DNA from: Thermodesulfobacteriota bacterium
GTDB lineage: Bacteria; Desulfobacterota; Desulfarculia; JACQYL01
Length of the DNA stretch: 64,000 bases
Assembly (NCBI GenBank): GCA_963675595.2
Contig: CAXXLZ010000002.1
Location: 3,392,001 to 3,456,000 of the forward strand
Reading direction: 5' to 3'
Every line of letters begins with the position of its first letter. Within the stretch, counting starts at the first letter, position 1. The notes under the pieces are model-generated. The model was given only the letters and a program-made list of their open reading frames with translations, was not told where the DNA came from and made no database searches. The position numbers and the translations under genes are program-made. Shown piece by piece: positions 10,137-20,590 of the stretch.

Positions 10137-11387
10137 GACGATGGTGAAGCCTTCGTCCGCCTTGGTGATCTTCTCCGCTCGGTCCTCCCCGACCAGAAAG
10201 GTGTTTTCAAAGGCGATCACCGCGTCGTCCAGCACCATCTTCAATTCGAGGGCCGCGGTCATGCCGGCCTTCAGCTCCGTTTTGACTCCCGCGGCCAGAA
10301 AGGGCGGTTCGTTGGATTCCAGGCCCACGCCGTGCCCCACGTATTTGAGTTTGCGGTCCCGGGGACCCAGGAGGTAATTCCCATACCCTCCCTTTTCCGC
10401 TTCTTCCAGGGCCAGGAAGTAGATTTCCTCACAGGGCGCGCCGGCCCGCATACGGGAGGCCAGGGTTTCCTCGATCTGCCGGAGCCATTCGTGGGCGCGG
10501 AGGTATCGGGATTCCGGCTCTCCAATGGAAAACATGCGCGACTCGTCCGCCTGATAGCCTTTGCTGTTGGTACTGAAGTCGATCATAATCGGCTCGCCGA
10601 CTCCGATGGGCTTCATGCTCGAGTCGGCCGGCCAGGCCGGGCTCAGGCCCAACCCGGAAGTGACGTTGTCGTGATGGCCCTGCATGGTGCCGTTGATTCC
10701 GCTGATCACCTGCCAGGTGAATTCGACGTTCATGCCTTTGGCCCGAGTGAAAACCTGGCTCCCGGAGGCCAAAGCGGTTGCGGTCACGTGCCCCATGACC
10801 CGGGTTTCCGTAACGCCCGGGCGGAGAACTTCGGGTATGCCTGCGAATACTTGAACGCCCATGTCCGCCGCTTCCCGCATGGCCTGGAGTTCCCATTCCG
10901 ACTTGACCACGCGCAGGTCCCGAAGGATGGGCGTTAAGTCCGCCGCCTTGTTCAATTTCCACTGCGACATGAGGAAAAGGTAGGTGGAGGCGGGCAGTGC
11001 GTCCATCTCCAGTCCGATGCCGTCGGAAATGGAATGACCTTCGGAACGGACGAGGTCGGGCAACTCTTTCAAAGAACGGATAGGTCGCACGTTGGACAGG
11101 GGAGACTCGAAACGGGCGCGACCCAGGTCCTGCTTGACCCAAAGGACGGGCTCCCCGTCTTGAGGCACGAACAGAAAACCGGTCTGCATGGTGCCGGTGA
11201 GGTAGCAAAGTCCCAGATTATGCATGACGAGGGCGGACGGTATCCCGGCGGCCTTTAGCCCTTCCTTGAAGGAATTCAGCCTGCTGCGGATTTCTTCCTC
11301 GGGGGTGAGGGTCTCGATGTAGAACGCGGGCGGATCAAAAGGAAAACTCCGGGGGAAATCGGCTGAGTTGGAAGGGCGGGCCGGCAT
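10125..11387 (-). CDS. M24 family (Xaa-Pro) metallopeptidase
   Basis: Creatinase-like N-terminus, RVVKSEWE, GYQADESR, GHGVGLE, FENT metal ligands. Confidence 0.88.
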   Translation of the reverse strand: MPARPSNSADFPRSFPFDPPAFYIETLTPEEEIRSRLNSFKEGLKAAGIPSALVMHNLGLCYLTGTMQTGFLFVPQDGEPVLWVKQDLGRARFESPLSNVRPIRSLKELPDLVRSEGHSISDGIGLEMDALPASTYLFLMSQWKLNKAADLTPILRDLRVVKSEWELQAMREAADMGVQVFAGIPEVLRPGVTETRVMGHVTATALASGSQVFTRAKGMNVEFTWQVISGINGTMQGHHDNVTSGLGLSPAWPADSSMKPIGVGEPIMIDFSTNSKGYQADESRMFSIGEPESRYLRAHEWLRQIEETLASRMRAGAPCEEIYFLALEEAEKGGYGNYLLGPRDRKLKYVGHGVGLESNEPPFLAAGVKTELKAGMTAALELKMVLDDAVIAFENTFLVGEDRAEKITKADEGFTIVSGR

Positions 11388-11467
11388 GGTGTCTCCTTAT
11401 CTTTTCGAGGGGCGTATGGGGAGCTGCGGAATACGGGTCGTGGAAGCTTCGCGCCCCGCCGCCATGG

Positions 11468-11947
11468 TCAAAGCCTCCCTTCGCCCGTCCGGTTGCGAAA
11501 TTCCTCCACCTGGTCCGGTTTCACATAAAAACTGTAGAAGTCGGAATCGCACATGAGAGGGTCCGAGAGGGTCGGAAGAAGCAGAAATCGGGTTTCGAAG
11601 ACTTTCCTGGGAATGACGGGGCCGTCGAGTTTGCGCAACCGCCGGAACTGGGTGTAGGTCAGGTCGTACACGTTGCGGTCGTCGTACAACACCACGTGCA
11701 CCTGTTCGCCGTCAGGCCCGTATTCCACGGGCGTGACTCCGGTGCGGCGGACACGGTGTCCCAATTCCCGCAGAACTCCCTGGAGCACGGCCGACGAGCC
11801 GGCGCAGGTCCAGGGCAGGAAATCGTCCGGCAATACCACGCGATGATAAACCGCCAGGGCGATTCGGGCGCGTTCCTCGTAAACGGAGTCGGGGTACGGG
11901 TCCTTGGCGGCTGTAAAGGGCGTTCTTTGGGCGGTGCGTGGTTTCAT
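11468..11947 (-). CDS. Small hypothetical protein, possible transglutaminase/papain-like Cys-His-Asp enzyme
   Basis: WTCAGSS helix...VHVVLY...YDLTYTQF pattern; co-oriented with the peptidase. Confidence 0.55.
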   Translation of the reverse strand: MKPRTAQRTPFTAAKDPYPDSVYEERARIALAVYHRVVLPDDFLPWTCAGSSAVLQGVLRELGHRVRRTGVTPVEYGPDGEQVHVVLYDDRNVYDLTYTQFRRLRKLDGPVIPRKVFETRFLLLPTLSDPLMCDSDFYSFYVKPDQVEEFRNRTGEGRL

Positions 11948-12236
11948 GCGTGAGACACCCTGCGATTTCCGGGGGACCTCCGAGTCGTGGATATACTTTC
12001 ACGAAAGGCGGCGTATCCCCAATTCAAGTTTCCGCATTATACCGAAAATGGAGAAGGAGACAAGATTCGAAGACATTGGCCCTCGAGCCGTCTCAGCGGG
12101 CGCGTCGGGAGCGAATCGGCCCTTGACGGGAGCGGAGCCTCCGGGTAGGTGAAACCTTTTTCTTGACAAAGGACCCTCCCGTGAATTGAATGGAGGTTCA
12201 CTCATTTTTCCGTCCTCTTTCTCGACGAGGAGTCTC

Positions 12237-13613
12237 ATGGATCGGATATTCTACCCCAAGAGCATTGTGGTTGTCGGCGTCTCCGAATCCCCGAAGAATT
12301 TGGGTCGAAATATCGTGGAGAATCTTCTGCGGTTCGGTTTTCAAGGGGAACTGAACCTGGTGGGTAAAGATGGAAGCGAACTTCACGGCAAACCCATTTA
12401 CCGAAGCATCGACGACGTGCCCGGAGTGCCCGATTTGGCGGTTCTCCTCATCCCTGCGAAAGCCATCTTGAGCTGTCTGGAGGATTGTGGAAGGAAGGGC
12501 ATCCAGAGGGCGGTGGTTGAATCCGGAGGCTTCAGCGAGTATTCGGACGACGCGGAGAATTTGGAACGAGACATCCGACAAGTCGCCGCCAAGTACGGAC
12601 TGCGGTTCGTGGGTCCCAATTGCATCAGCGTCATGAATCTGGACAACGGGTTGGTGCTGCCTTTCGTACTTATGGAACCTGAAATCACCCGAAAGGGAGG
12701 GGTATCGCTCATTTCCCAGAGCGGCGGCGTCTTGGTGAACTCCGTAAACCTTTTTTCCTGCGAAAATCTGGGGTTCAGCAAATTCGTGAGTATCGGAAAC
12801 AAGCTCAACCTGGACGAGAATGATTTTTTAGAGTACCTGGATGGGGACGAAAACACCCGGATCATCGGCATGTACCTGGAAAGCATTTCCAACGGAAGAC
12901 GTTTGGTCTCCTTGGCGCAAAAGATTCGGAAGCCCGTTGTCGTTCTCAAGTCCAACCGGTTTCCGGCAAGCAACGAGGTCGCCAAGTTCCATACGGCCGC
13001 ACTGGCTCAGGACGACCGCGTCTGTAATGCGGCGTTCAAGCAGGCGGGCATTCATCGGGTCGACACTCTCGCCGATATGATCACGTATACCAAGGTCTTT
13101 CGCATGCCGTTGCCTCAAGGGCCGAATCTTGGAGTCATCGGCCGTTCCGGAGGACAGAACGTGATCTCGGCGGACGCGGTGACTTCCCGGGGATTTCAAA
13201 TGCTCCCCTTTTCCGACGCCACGTTGGAATCGGCGCGCAAACGGTCTCGGGCCGGCGTGATCCGCATGACGAACCCTTTGGATTTGGGCGACATCTTCGA
13301 CCTGGACTTTTATGTGGACGTGCTGGAGTCCGTGCTCAGAGATTCTCGGATGCACGGGGTGTTGCTGCAACACGGGTACGGAGGTCCCGAGGAACGGGAA
13401 ACCACCTACAAAATGATCGAGTCCGTCAAAGAATTGTCTTTTCGTTACCAAAAGCCCGTGATTCTTACCATTATTACGAGCCGTGAAGACTGGTTCGAAC
13501 TGAGAAACGCTTCGGATTTTCCCGTATTTCCCGAGGCGGGCCCCGCACTGGAAGCTCTCGCCGCCGCTCTTCGACACTACCGACGGATCGAGGGTATGGC
13601 GCGCGACAACTGA
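12237..13613 (+). CDS. Acyl-CoA synthetase (NDP-forming) alpha subunit
   Basis: CoA-binding N-terminus, SGGFSE, GPNC, SQSGG, phospho-His FHTAAL, NPLDL; GAGGAG before ATG 12237. Confidence 0.9.
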   Translation: MDRIFYPKSIVVVGVSESPKNLGRNIVENLLRFGFQGELNLVGKDGSELHGKPIYRSIDDVPGVPDLAVLLIPAKAILSCLEDCGRKGIQRAVVESGGFSEYSDDAENLERDIRQVAAKYGLRFVGPNCISVMNLDNGLVLPFVLMEPEITRKGGVSLISQSGGVLVNSVNLFSCENLGFSKFVSIGNKLNLDENDFLEYLDGDENTRIIGMYLESISNGRRLVSLAQKIRKPVVVLKSNRFPASNEVAKFHTAALAQDDRVCNAAFKQAGIHRVDTLADMITYTKVFRMPLPQGPNLGVIGRSGGQNVISADAVTSRGFQMLPFSDATLESARKRSRAGVIRMTNPLDLGDIFDLDFYVDVLESVLRDSRMHGVLLQHGYGGPEERETTYKMIESVKELSFRYQKPVILTIITSREDWFELRNASDFPVFPEAGPALEALAAALRHYRRIEGMARDN

Positions 13614-13691
13614 AAAAACACCCGGATACGCAGAACCAATTCCGCTTCACGGGCCGAGGAACGGCCCGGAGCACAGAGGAGCCCATGAAAC

Positions 13692-14375
13692 ATGAGTAAG
13701 GCAAAGGACATTATCGAGTTCGCGTTGAAAGAGGGAAGAAAGGTGCTTTCCGAGTGGGAAGCCAAACAGGTGCTCGCCGACTACGGAATTCCGGTAACGC
13801 GTGAGTTTCTGGTGAAAGACGAGAAGGAACTTTCAAGCGCCGCGGAAGGAATCGGCTATCCTCTGGTGCTCAAAGGATGTTCTCCCGAAGTGGCCCACAA
13901 GACGGAACAGCAATTGGTTTGGGTGGACGTGCGCAACGAGGGCGAGGCGGTAGACGCCTTTCAAAACATTATGAATAAGATGAATGGAACCGCTTCCGGA
14001 GTGTTGGTACAGGAACTGATCAAAGGGCGCAGGGAATTGGTGGCCGGCTTAACTCGCGACGCTCAATTCGGTCCTTGCGTCATGTTCGGTTTGGGCGGCA
14101 TTTTCACCGAAATCTTGGATGACGTGTCTTTTCGCCTCGCTCCTTTGAATCAGGGAGACGCGCTTGAGATGATGCGGGAAATTCGAGGCCGGAAAATTCT
14201 GGATTCCGTCCGAGGGATGGAAGCGGCGGACCGGGAAGCCCTGGCGCAACTCCTGATCAACTTGGGAAGGATTGGCTTGGAGGAGCCGAGCGTCAATGAG
14301 ATCGATATCAATCCCCTCATCCTGTCCGGTGCGAAGCCGGTGGCTGTGGACGCGTTGATTTCTCTGGCGGACTGA
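13692..14375 (+). CDS. Acyl-CoA synthetase (NDP-forming) beta/ATP-grasp subunit
   Basis: LSEWEAK, GYPLVLK...HKTE, FGPCVMFGLGG, EIDINP. Confidence 0.9.
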   Translation: MSKAKDIIEFALKEGRKVLSEWEAKQVLADYGIPVTREFLVKDEKELSSAAEGIGYPLVLKGCSPEVAHKTEQQLVWVDVRNEGEAVDAFQNIMNKMNGTASGVLVQELIKGRRELVAGLTRDAQFGPCVMFGLGGIFTEILDDVSFRLAPLNQGDALEMMREIRGRKILDSVRGMEAADREALAQLLINLGRIGLEEPSVNEIDINPLILSGAKPVAVDALISLAD

Positions 14376-14549
14376 AGACCTGTTTTTTCGACATTCGGGT
14401 GATCCACGGCGGCGGGCCACCCGAAACCTTTTTCCGGCCCTGTGACCGGGTGGCGAGCCCATCCGCCGGGCCGGGCCGTTCGTTTGTTACCCTCCACAGA
14501 CCGTGTTGTCCCGGCATGTTTTTTCTCTTAGGTCGCACCGTAGCCCGTG

Positions 14550-14593
14550 GCGACCGGCCTTTTCCAAAGGGCCGGTGCACCCGCCGTTTCAAA
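14550..14593. repeat. REP-like hairpin, possible third family member
   Basis: accggcc-ttttccaaag-ggccggt hairpin plus gcacccgccgtttcaaa tail, whose reverse complement resembles ttttgaaaaggggtgc at 8352. Confidence 0.3.
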
Positions 14594-14888
14594 GGATCAC
14601 CGATCCGTTCGCCACAATCGGGCGCTTGCAATTACGGTTGAATTCGGATTTAAGTCGGATGACGGAAGGGGAGGATTTCTCGACGACCTCGGTGATTCCC
14701 CTTTCGGACTCGGCAATTCAGTGAAAGAGACCGGTTGCCGAGGTCCGGCAACGATGGAGACCGTGTTTGGCGTGCGAATCCCGGGAGTGGGCCGTACGCG
14801 GACCGGGTCATGACAACGGGAGGGGAAACGCAATCCGTCTCCGGGGGACGGGTCGCTTCTCTGCCTGACTGATGGAGGCGCCGGCGAA

Positions 14889-16109
14889 ATGAGAGCGGAC
14901 TATCTCTACATCATCATGATGGGCTTGCCCGCCCGAGGCAAATCCACCCTTTCGGGCAAGCTCAAGGAGTGCCTGCGTCGGGACGGCATTCGTGCAAGCA
15001 TTTTCAACAACGGGGAACTTCGTCGCAAGCTGTCCAAGGAAAATACGAGTTATCCGGAATTTTTCGATCCTAAGAACACCGTAGGTGCGGCGTTGAGGGA
15101 ACGTTACTCCCTCATTAATCTGAACCACGCCAAAGCGTTTATCGAACGAAACCGGGGACGGCGCTGCACGGCCATTATCGACGCCGCCAATGTCAGCACG
15201 GCGAGAAGAAAAACCCTGTTGGCGGAACTTCCCGAGGATCGGGTTCTGTTCATTGAATGCATCAACAACGACCAGGACATCCTGGAAGCCAACATCCAGC
15301 ACAAGGTGGGCAATCCCGAATTCGCCAACCTGAGCACGGAGGAGGCGGTCGAGAGCTTTAAGAAGAGAATCGCATATTATGCGGGGATTTATGCTCCTCT
15401 GAAAGAGGAAAGAAATTTCGTCAAAGTGAACACGTTCCACTACCGTTTGCTTGAAGAAAATCTCACGGACACGTTGCCGTTTTTCGATCGAATCAGGGAT
15501 TTTCTCGTGACCCCGTTTATCCGGAATCTATATCTCATTCGTCATGGGGAGACTTACTACAATCTCGAAGACCGTATCGGCGGAGACTCCGAGCTCACAC
15601 CGGCGGGAAGGAATCAGGCGGAACTGCTGGCGGCCCATTTTTCACGCAAGCGGATTCCGTTGATTTTCACTTCCTCCCTGATTCGAACGCTCCAGACGGC
15701 GCTGCCCATCCAAAAAATGCAGAAAGACTGCAAGATCATTGAACTGCTCGAGTTCAACGAGATCGACAGCGGCGTTTGTGAATCCATGACTTATGCCGAG
15801 ATCCGAAAGCGTATGCCGGATGTTCATCGGGCAAGGAAAAGGGATAAGTATCATTATGTGTATCCCAACGGGGAGGGATACGTCACCATGGAGGCGCGGA
15901 TCAAGAGGGGCATCAAAAAAGTGCTCTATCTGAGCCGTCATTCCGAAGATATTATGATCGTGGGACACCGCGCGGTAAACCGAATGATCCTTTCGCATTT
16001 CGTATTTAAGCGACATGAGGATGTGCCTTATATTTACGTGCCGCAGGATAAGTATTATCATATTGTGATTAACCAGAATAAGAAGCTGTTCCAATTAAGG
16101 AAATACTGA
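14889..16109 (+). CDS. Bifunctional 6-phosphofructo-2-kinase/fructose-2,6-bisphosphatase-like protein
   Basis: MMGLPARGKS P-loop and IDAAN in the kinase domain; RHGET...EFNEID...GHRAVNR histidine phosphatase. Confidence 0.88.
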   Translation: MRADYLYIIMMGLPARGKSTLSGKLKECLRRDGIRASIFNNGELRRKLSKENTSYPEFFDPKNTVGAALRERYSLINLNHAKAFIERNRGRRCTAIIDAANVSTARRKTLLAELPEDRVLFIECINNDQDILEANIQHKVGNPEFANLSTEEAVESFKKRIAYYAGIYAPLKEERNFVKVNTFHYRLLEENLTDTLPFFDRIRDFLVTPFIRNLYLIRHGETYYNLEDRIGGDSELTPAGRNQAELLAAHFSRKRIPLIFTSSLIRTLQTALPIQKMQKDCKIIELLEFNEIDSGVCESMTYAEIRKRMPDVHRARKRDKYHYVYPNGEGYVTMEARIKRGIKKVLYLSRHSEDIMIVGHRAVNRMILSHFVFKRHEDVPYIYVPQDKYYHIVINQNKKLFQLRKY

Positions 16110-16168
16110 AACCGCTTCGGAAGGCGAAACCGAAGCCGCAAAATGTACGGAAGGGTGAGGCCGACGAC

Positions 16169-16672
16169 ATGGCGACGCAAGCGAGCCGGTATGTGCCCGA
16201 GGATGGAGCCCCTTTGATCATCCGGAAAGCGAAGGTTTCGGATACGAAGGCGATCCACAAACTGCTGGCGGGATTTGCCGGAGAGGGATTGCTTCTTCCC
16301 CGATCTCTGAGTGAACTGTATGATCACGTTCGGGATTTTTTCGTAATCACTTCCGAGGAAGACGACAGGGTGGTGGGGGCGAGTTCAACGCACATCGTTT
16401 GGGAAGACCTTGCCGAAATTCGTTCCCTCGCGGTAGAGAAAGCGCACCACGGGAAAGGGATCGGGGCCCGGCTGGTGGAAGCATGTCTTTCCGACGCCGT
16501 GACCATGGGCATCTATAAAGTCTTCACTTTGACATATGTGCCGGATTTTTTTAGGCATTTCGGATTCGAAGAAGTGGACAAAGCGGTTCTGCCGCATAAG
16601 GTTTGGTCGGATTGCATCAAGTGTGCGAAATTCCCCGAATGCGACGAAATCGCAATGCTGCTGACCCTGTAG
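16169..16672 (+). CDS. GNAT N-acetyltransferase (short ArgA-like amino-acid acetyltransferase)
   Basis: LLLPRS, AEIRSLAV...GKGIG, LPHKVWSDC..C..F..CDE. Confidence 0.8.
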   Translation: MATQASRYVPEDGAPLIIRKAKVSDTKAIHKLLAGFAGEGLLLPRSLSELYDHVRDFFVITSEEDDRVVGASSTHIVWEDLAEIRSLAVEKAHHGKGIGARLVEACLSDAVTMGIYKVFTLTYVPDFFRHFGFEEVDKAVLPHKVWSDCIKCAKFPECDEIAMLLTL

Positions 16673-16801
16673 CGGCGTTGCCGGCCGACTTCTTCAGGAT
16701 TTGTTCGCCTTGACCCATGGTGGTTCCTTTCCAGGATCGGGAATTCTCATTCCGGGACGGCCGGCGCATATCACTTCAGTTCAACGGAGACCAATGAACT
16801 C

Positions 16802-19321
16802 ATGCTGAAATTGATCACCAAGATCGTGGGCAGCAAGAACGAACGCGATCTGAAGAGAATGGCCCCGGTGGTGGACGAAGTCAACCTGCTGGAACCCGTG
16901 ATGAGGGCCAAGAGCGACGTCGAGTTACGTGGTGTGACTGCGGAGTTGAAGCACCGGATTCAGGAAGGGGCCTCAACGGATGAGCTTCTGCCTCAGGCAT
17001 TTGCCGCCGTTCGAGAGGCCGCTGTTCGAACCCTCGGGCAGCGGCCCTTTGATGTGCAGATACTCGGTGGGATGGTGCTTCACCAGGGCAAGATCGCGGA
17101 AATGAAGACCGGGGAGGGAAAAACCCTGGCCGCCACCTTGCCCGTGTACCTGAATGCACTGACGGGAAAAGGCGTCCATGTGGTCACGGTCAACGATTAT
17201 TTGGCCAAGCGCGACTCGACCTGGATGGGCACGATCTATCGTTTCTTGGGGCTGTCCGTGGGGGTTATCGTTCATGGGATGAACGACGAAGAACGAAAGG
17301 CGGCTTACGGCGCGGACATCACCTACGGCACGAACAACGAATTCGGATTCGATTATCTTCGAGATAATATGAAATACCGGCTGGACGATCTCGTTCAACG
17401 CGAATACCACTTCGCCATTGTGGACGAGGTGGACAGCATCCTGATCGATGAAGCTCGGACGCCTTTGATCATTTCGGGTCCGTCGGACGAATCCACGGAA
17501 CTCTACTACAGACTGAACCGGGTCATACCGAGGTTGCATCAGGATACCGACTATACTTCCGAAGAGAAATCACGGACGGTATCTTTTACTGAAGACGGTG
17601 TGGCGCATCTCGAAAACATTCTCAAAATCGATAACCTTTACGATCCCAAATACATCGAGATTCTTCACCACCTGACCCAGGCGTTGAAGGCCCATGTGAT
17701 GTTCAAGAAAGACGTGGATTATATCGTCAAGAACGGTGAAGTCGTCATCGTAGATGAGTTTACGGGCCGTCTCATGCCTGGAAGACGATACAGCGAAGGT
17801 CTGCATCAGGCCCTTGAAGCCAAGGAAGGGGTCAAAATCGAGCGGGAGAACCAGACCTTGGCCTCCATCACGTTTCAGAACTACTTTCGCATGTATGAGA
17901 AGCTGGCGGGCATGACCGGAACCGCGGAAACCGAAGCGGAGGAGTTCAAAAAGATTTATGATCTCGACGTCATCGTTGTTCCGACCAATAAGGAAATGAT
18001 TCGCATCGACCATCCCGATGTGATTTATCGGTCCGAACAGGAGAAGTACGACGCCGTGGTGGAGGAAATCGAGGAGCTTCACGAAGAACAGAGGCCGGTG
18101 CTTGTGGGAACCATTTCCATCGAGAAGTCGGAAAGGGTGAGCAACCTGCTCAAGAAGAGAGGCATCCGGCACTCGGTGCTGAACGCCAAACAGCATGAAA
18201 AGGAAGCGGAAATCGTGTCCATGGCCGGGCAGCCCGGTGCGGTGACCATTTCCACCAATATGGCCGGGCGCGGTACGGACATCGTCCTTGGGTCCGGTGT
18301 GGCCGAGAAAGGGGGGCTGCACATTCTCGGGACGGAACGGCACGAAAGCCGCCGCATCGACAATCAGCTCCGCGGGCGCGCCGGCAGGCAGGGAGACAAT
18401 GGCTCGTCCCGTTTCTTCCTCTCCCTCGAAGACGACTTGATGCGGATTTTTGGTTCGGACCGGATTTCCGGAATCATGGACCGTCTTGGAATGGACGGGG
18501 AGCCCATCGAGCACGGACTCGTCAGCAGGGGCATCGAGGGTGCTCAGAAGCGGGTGGAAGCTCACAACTTCGACATCCGCAAACATCTCCTCGAGTACGA
18601 CGACGTGATGAACAAGCAGCGAGAAGTCGTCTACGCCCAACGGAAGCAGGTTCTTGAAGGAAACCTCCGGGATGATGTTCTGGGAATGATCGCGGAACAA
18701 GCCACGGCTTTGGTGTCGCAATTTACCTTGGAGGATGCCGGCTATCAGGACTGGGAGGTCGATAAACTCTCGGAGGCGCTGTACAATCACTTCGGCATTC
18801 GGTTTCGATGGAACGAAGAATACCTGGACGGGCTTTCCCGGTCGGGGCTTACCGAAGACGTGGTGAAAAACCTCCAGGATGCCTATGAACGCAAGGAGGC
18901 GGAGATCGGGGCCGAGGACATGCGCTACCTCGAATCCATGATCATGCTTTCGACCCTGGACGGCCTGTGGAAAGACCACCTATTGGCCATGGACCACCTC
19001 AAGGAAGGCATCGGTCTCCGAGGCTACGCTCAGCAGGACCCCCTTCGTGTGTATCAAAAGGAGGGGTATGAGATGTTTTTCAACCTTCTGGAGCGCATCA
19101 AAGAAGGCACGGTCAGACATCTCTTCCACGTGCGGGTGGAACGAAGCACCGCCGACTCTCCCCCCGCCGAAATGTATCAGCCCAAAGAGCAGGAGATGGT
19201 GCTGAGTCACAGCGGAGGAGGTGATGCCGCTCCTGTGGAGAGAAAATCGGAAAAAGTCGGCCGGAATGCCCCATGTCCCTGCGGAAGCGGGAAGAAATAT
19301 AAAAAATGTTGCGGGAGATAG
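16802..19321 (+). CDS. secA: Preprotein translocase ATPase SecA
   Basis: [26 protein letters not shown]-terminal [17 protein letters not shown]. Confidence 0.99.
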   Translation: MLKLITKIVGSKNERDLKRMAPVVDEVNLLEPVMRAKSDVELRGVTAELKHRIQEGASTDELLPQAFAAVREAAVRTLGQRPFDVQILGGMVLHQGKIAEMKTGEGKTLAATLPVYLNALTGKGVHVVTVNDYLAKRDSTWMGTIYRFLGLSVGVIVHGMNDEERKAAYGADITYGTNNEFGFDYLRDNMKYRLDDLVQREYHFAIVDEVDSILIDEARTPLIISGPSDESTELYYRLNRVIPRLHQDTDYTSEEKSRTVSFTEDGVAHLENILKIDNLYDPKYIEILHHLTQALKAHVMFKKDVDYIVKNGEVVIVDEFTGRLMPGRRYSEGLHQALEAKEGVKIERENQTLASITFQNYFRMYEKLAGMTGTAETEAEEFKKIYDLDVIVVPTNKEMIRIDHPDVIYRSEQEKYDAVVEEIEELHEEQRPVLVGTISIEKSERVSNLLKKRGIRHSVLNAKQHEKEAEIVSMAGQPGAVTISTNMAGRGTDIVLGSGVAEKGGLHILGTERHESRRIDNQLRGRAGRQGDNGSSRFFLSLEDDLMRIFGSDRISGIMDRLGMDGEPIEHGLVSRGIEGAQKRVEAHNFDIRKHLLEYDDVMNKQREVVYAQRKQVLEGNLRDDVLGMIAEQATALVSQFTLEDAGYQDWEVDKLSEALYNHFGIRFRWNEEYLDGLSRSGLTEDVVKNLQDAYERKEAEIGAEDMRYLESMIMLSTLDGLWKDHLLAMDHLKEGIGLRGYAQQDPLRVYQKEGYEMFFNLLERIKEGTVRHLFHVRVERSTADSPPAEMYQPKEQEMVLSHSGGGDAAPVERKSEKVGRNAPCPCGSGKKYKKCCGR

Positions 19322-19325
19322 CCTA

Positions 19326-20507
19326 ATGAACGTGAAAGGGTTCAGATTCGCCGCGATTCCGAGCCGGCAGAAAAAGTGGGACCGGGATGACCTTGCGCTG
19401 ATATTCTCGGAAAGAGAGGCCGTGGTGGCCGGTCTGTTCACCAAGAACCGGTTCAAAGCCGCGCCTGTCGAGCTTTCCGAAGAGCGCGTGAAAACGGGAA
19501 AGGCCCGGGCCGTGCTGGTGAACGCCGGAGTGGCCAATGCCTGCACGGGTCCGGAAGGATTGGAGGACGCTCGAAAGGCCACGGAGGCGGCGGCTTCCGC
19601 CCTCGGAATCCCGGCCGACGAGGTGCTCACGGCCTCGACGGGGGTCATTGGGGCTCGGCTCAACATGGACGGCCTGCTGGGGGCGCTTCCCCAACTGGTG
19701 AGCAGTCTCGATCCCGGGAGCTTTTCCAAGGTGGCACGCGCCATTATGACCACGGACACGGTGTCCAAATCATCCCACGCGAAAGGCGAAATTCAGGGGA
19801 TTCCGTACTCCATCGCGGGTGTTGCCAAGGGGGCCGGCATGATCCGTCCCGATATGGCGACCATGCTTTGTTTCGTGCTTACGGACTTGAATCTTTCTCG
19901 GGGTCTTCTGGAAAAGATCGCCAAGCCGGCGGCTGATCGTTCTTTTCATAGAATCAACGTGGATGGGGACACCTCCACCAACGATACCGTGTTGTTTCTA
20001 GCCAATGGAGCCGGCGGCGGCCCTTTGCTGCAAGAGGATTCAGACTGCGTGGACGAAGTGGCGGAGGCGTTTACCGGCGTTTGCCTGGATCTGGCTAAAC
20101 AGATCGTTATGGACGCTGAAGGGGCCACGAAATTCATTGATATTCGCATCCTTGGGGCGGCCGACGAATCGGATGCCGCCCGGGCGGCTCACCTGATCTC
20201 CGAGTCCAAACTGGTGAAGACGGCCTTTTTTGGCGAGGATGCCAACTGGGGAAGGATTCTCGCGGCCTTGGGGCGTTCCGGAGCCTCCTTTTCTCCGGAA
20301 CGGGTCGATCTTTATTTCGGGGAGACCTGCCTGGTGAAGAACGGCCGGTACATGGGTAAAGAAGCCGAAGCCCAGGCGTCCGAGGCGCTGAAGCATCGGA
20401 ATATCGTCGTCAAATTGGACTTGAAACAAGGCTCCGCAGAGTACAATGTGTACACTTCGGATCTGTCTTTGGACTACGTCAAGATCAACGCCGATTATCG
20501 AAGCTGA
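19326..20507 (+). CDS. argJ: Ornithine acetyltransferase / N-acetylglutamate synthase ArgJ
   Basis: ANACTG, IMTTDT, KGAGMIRPDMATML, DTSTND, DANWGR; start moved to ATG 19326. Confidence 0.97.
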   Translation: MNVKGFRFAAIPSRQKKWDRDDLALIFSEREAVVAGLFTKNRFKAAPVELSEERVKTGKARAVLVNAGVANACTGPEGLEDARKATEAAASALGIPADEVLTASTGVIGARLNMDGLLGALPQLVSSLDPGSFSKVARAIMTTDTVSKSSHAKGEIQGIPYSIAGVAKGAGMIRPDMATMLCFVLTDLNLSRGLLEKIAKPAADRSFHRINVDGDTSTNDTVLFLANGAGGGPLLQEDSDCVDEVAEAFTGVCLDLAKQIVMDAEGATKFIDIRILGAADESDAARAAHLISESKLVKTAFFGEDANWGRILAALGRSGASFSPERVDLYFGETCLVKNGRYMGKEAEAQASEALKHRNIVVKLDLKQGSAEYNVYTSDLSLDYVKINADYRS

Positions 20508-20590
20508 GTCTCCGGAAAAGTTCCCTCGGGTCCTGACCGTAACGGGGGAGCGGGGAGGAAGGCTGCTCAAAGGTCTAACGGGATCGGATC

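Noticed and set aside
14376-14888. Riboswitch in the long region upstream of the PFK-2/FBPase-2 gene
   Set aside because: Several hairpins, e.g. ctcggcaa/ttgccgag near 14709-14742, but no recognisable aptamer consensus or terminator; an Rfam scan would be needed
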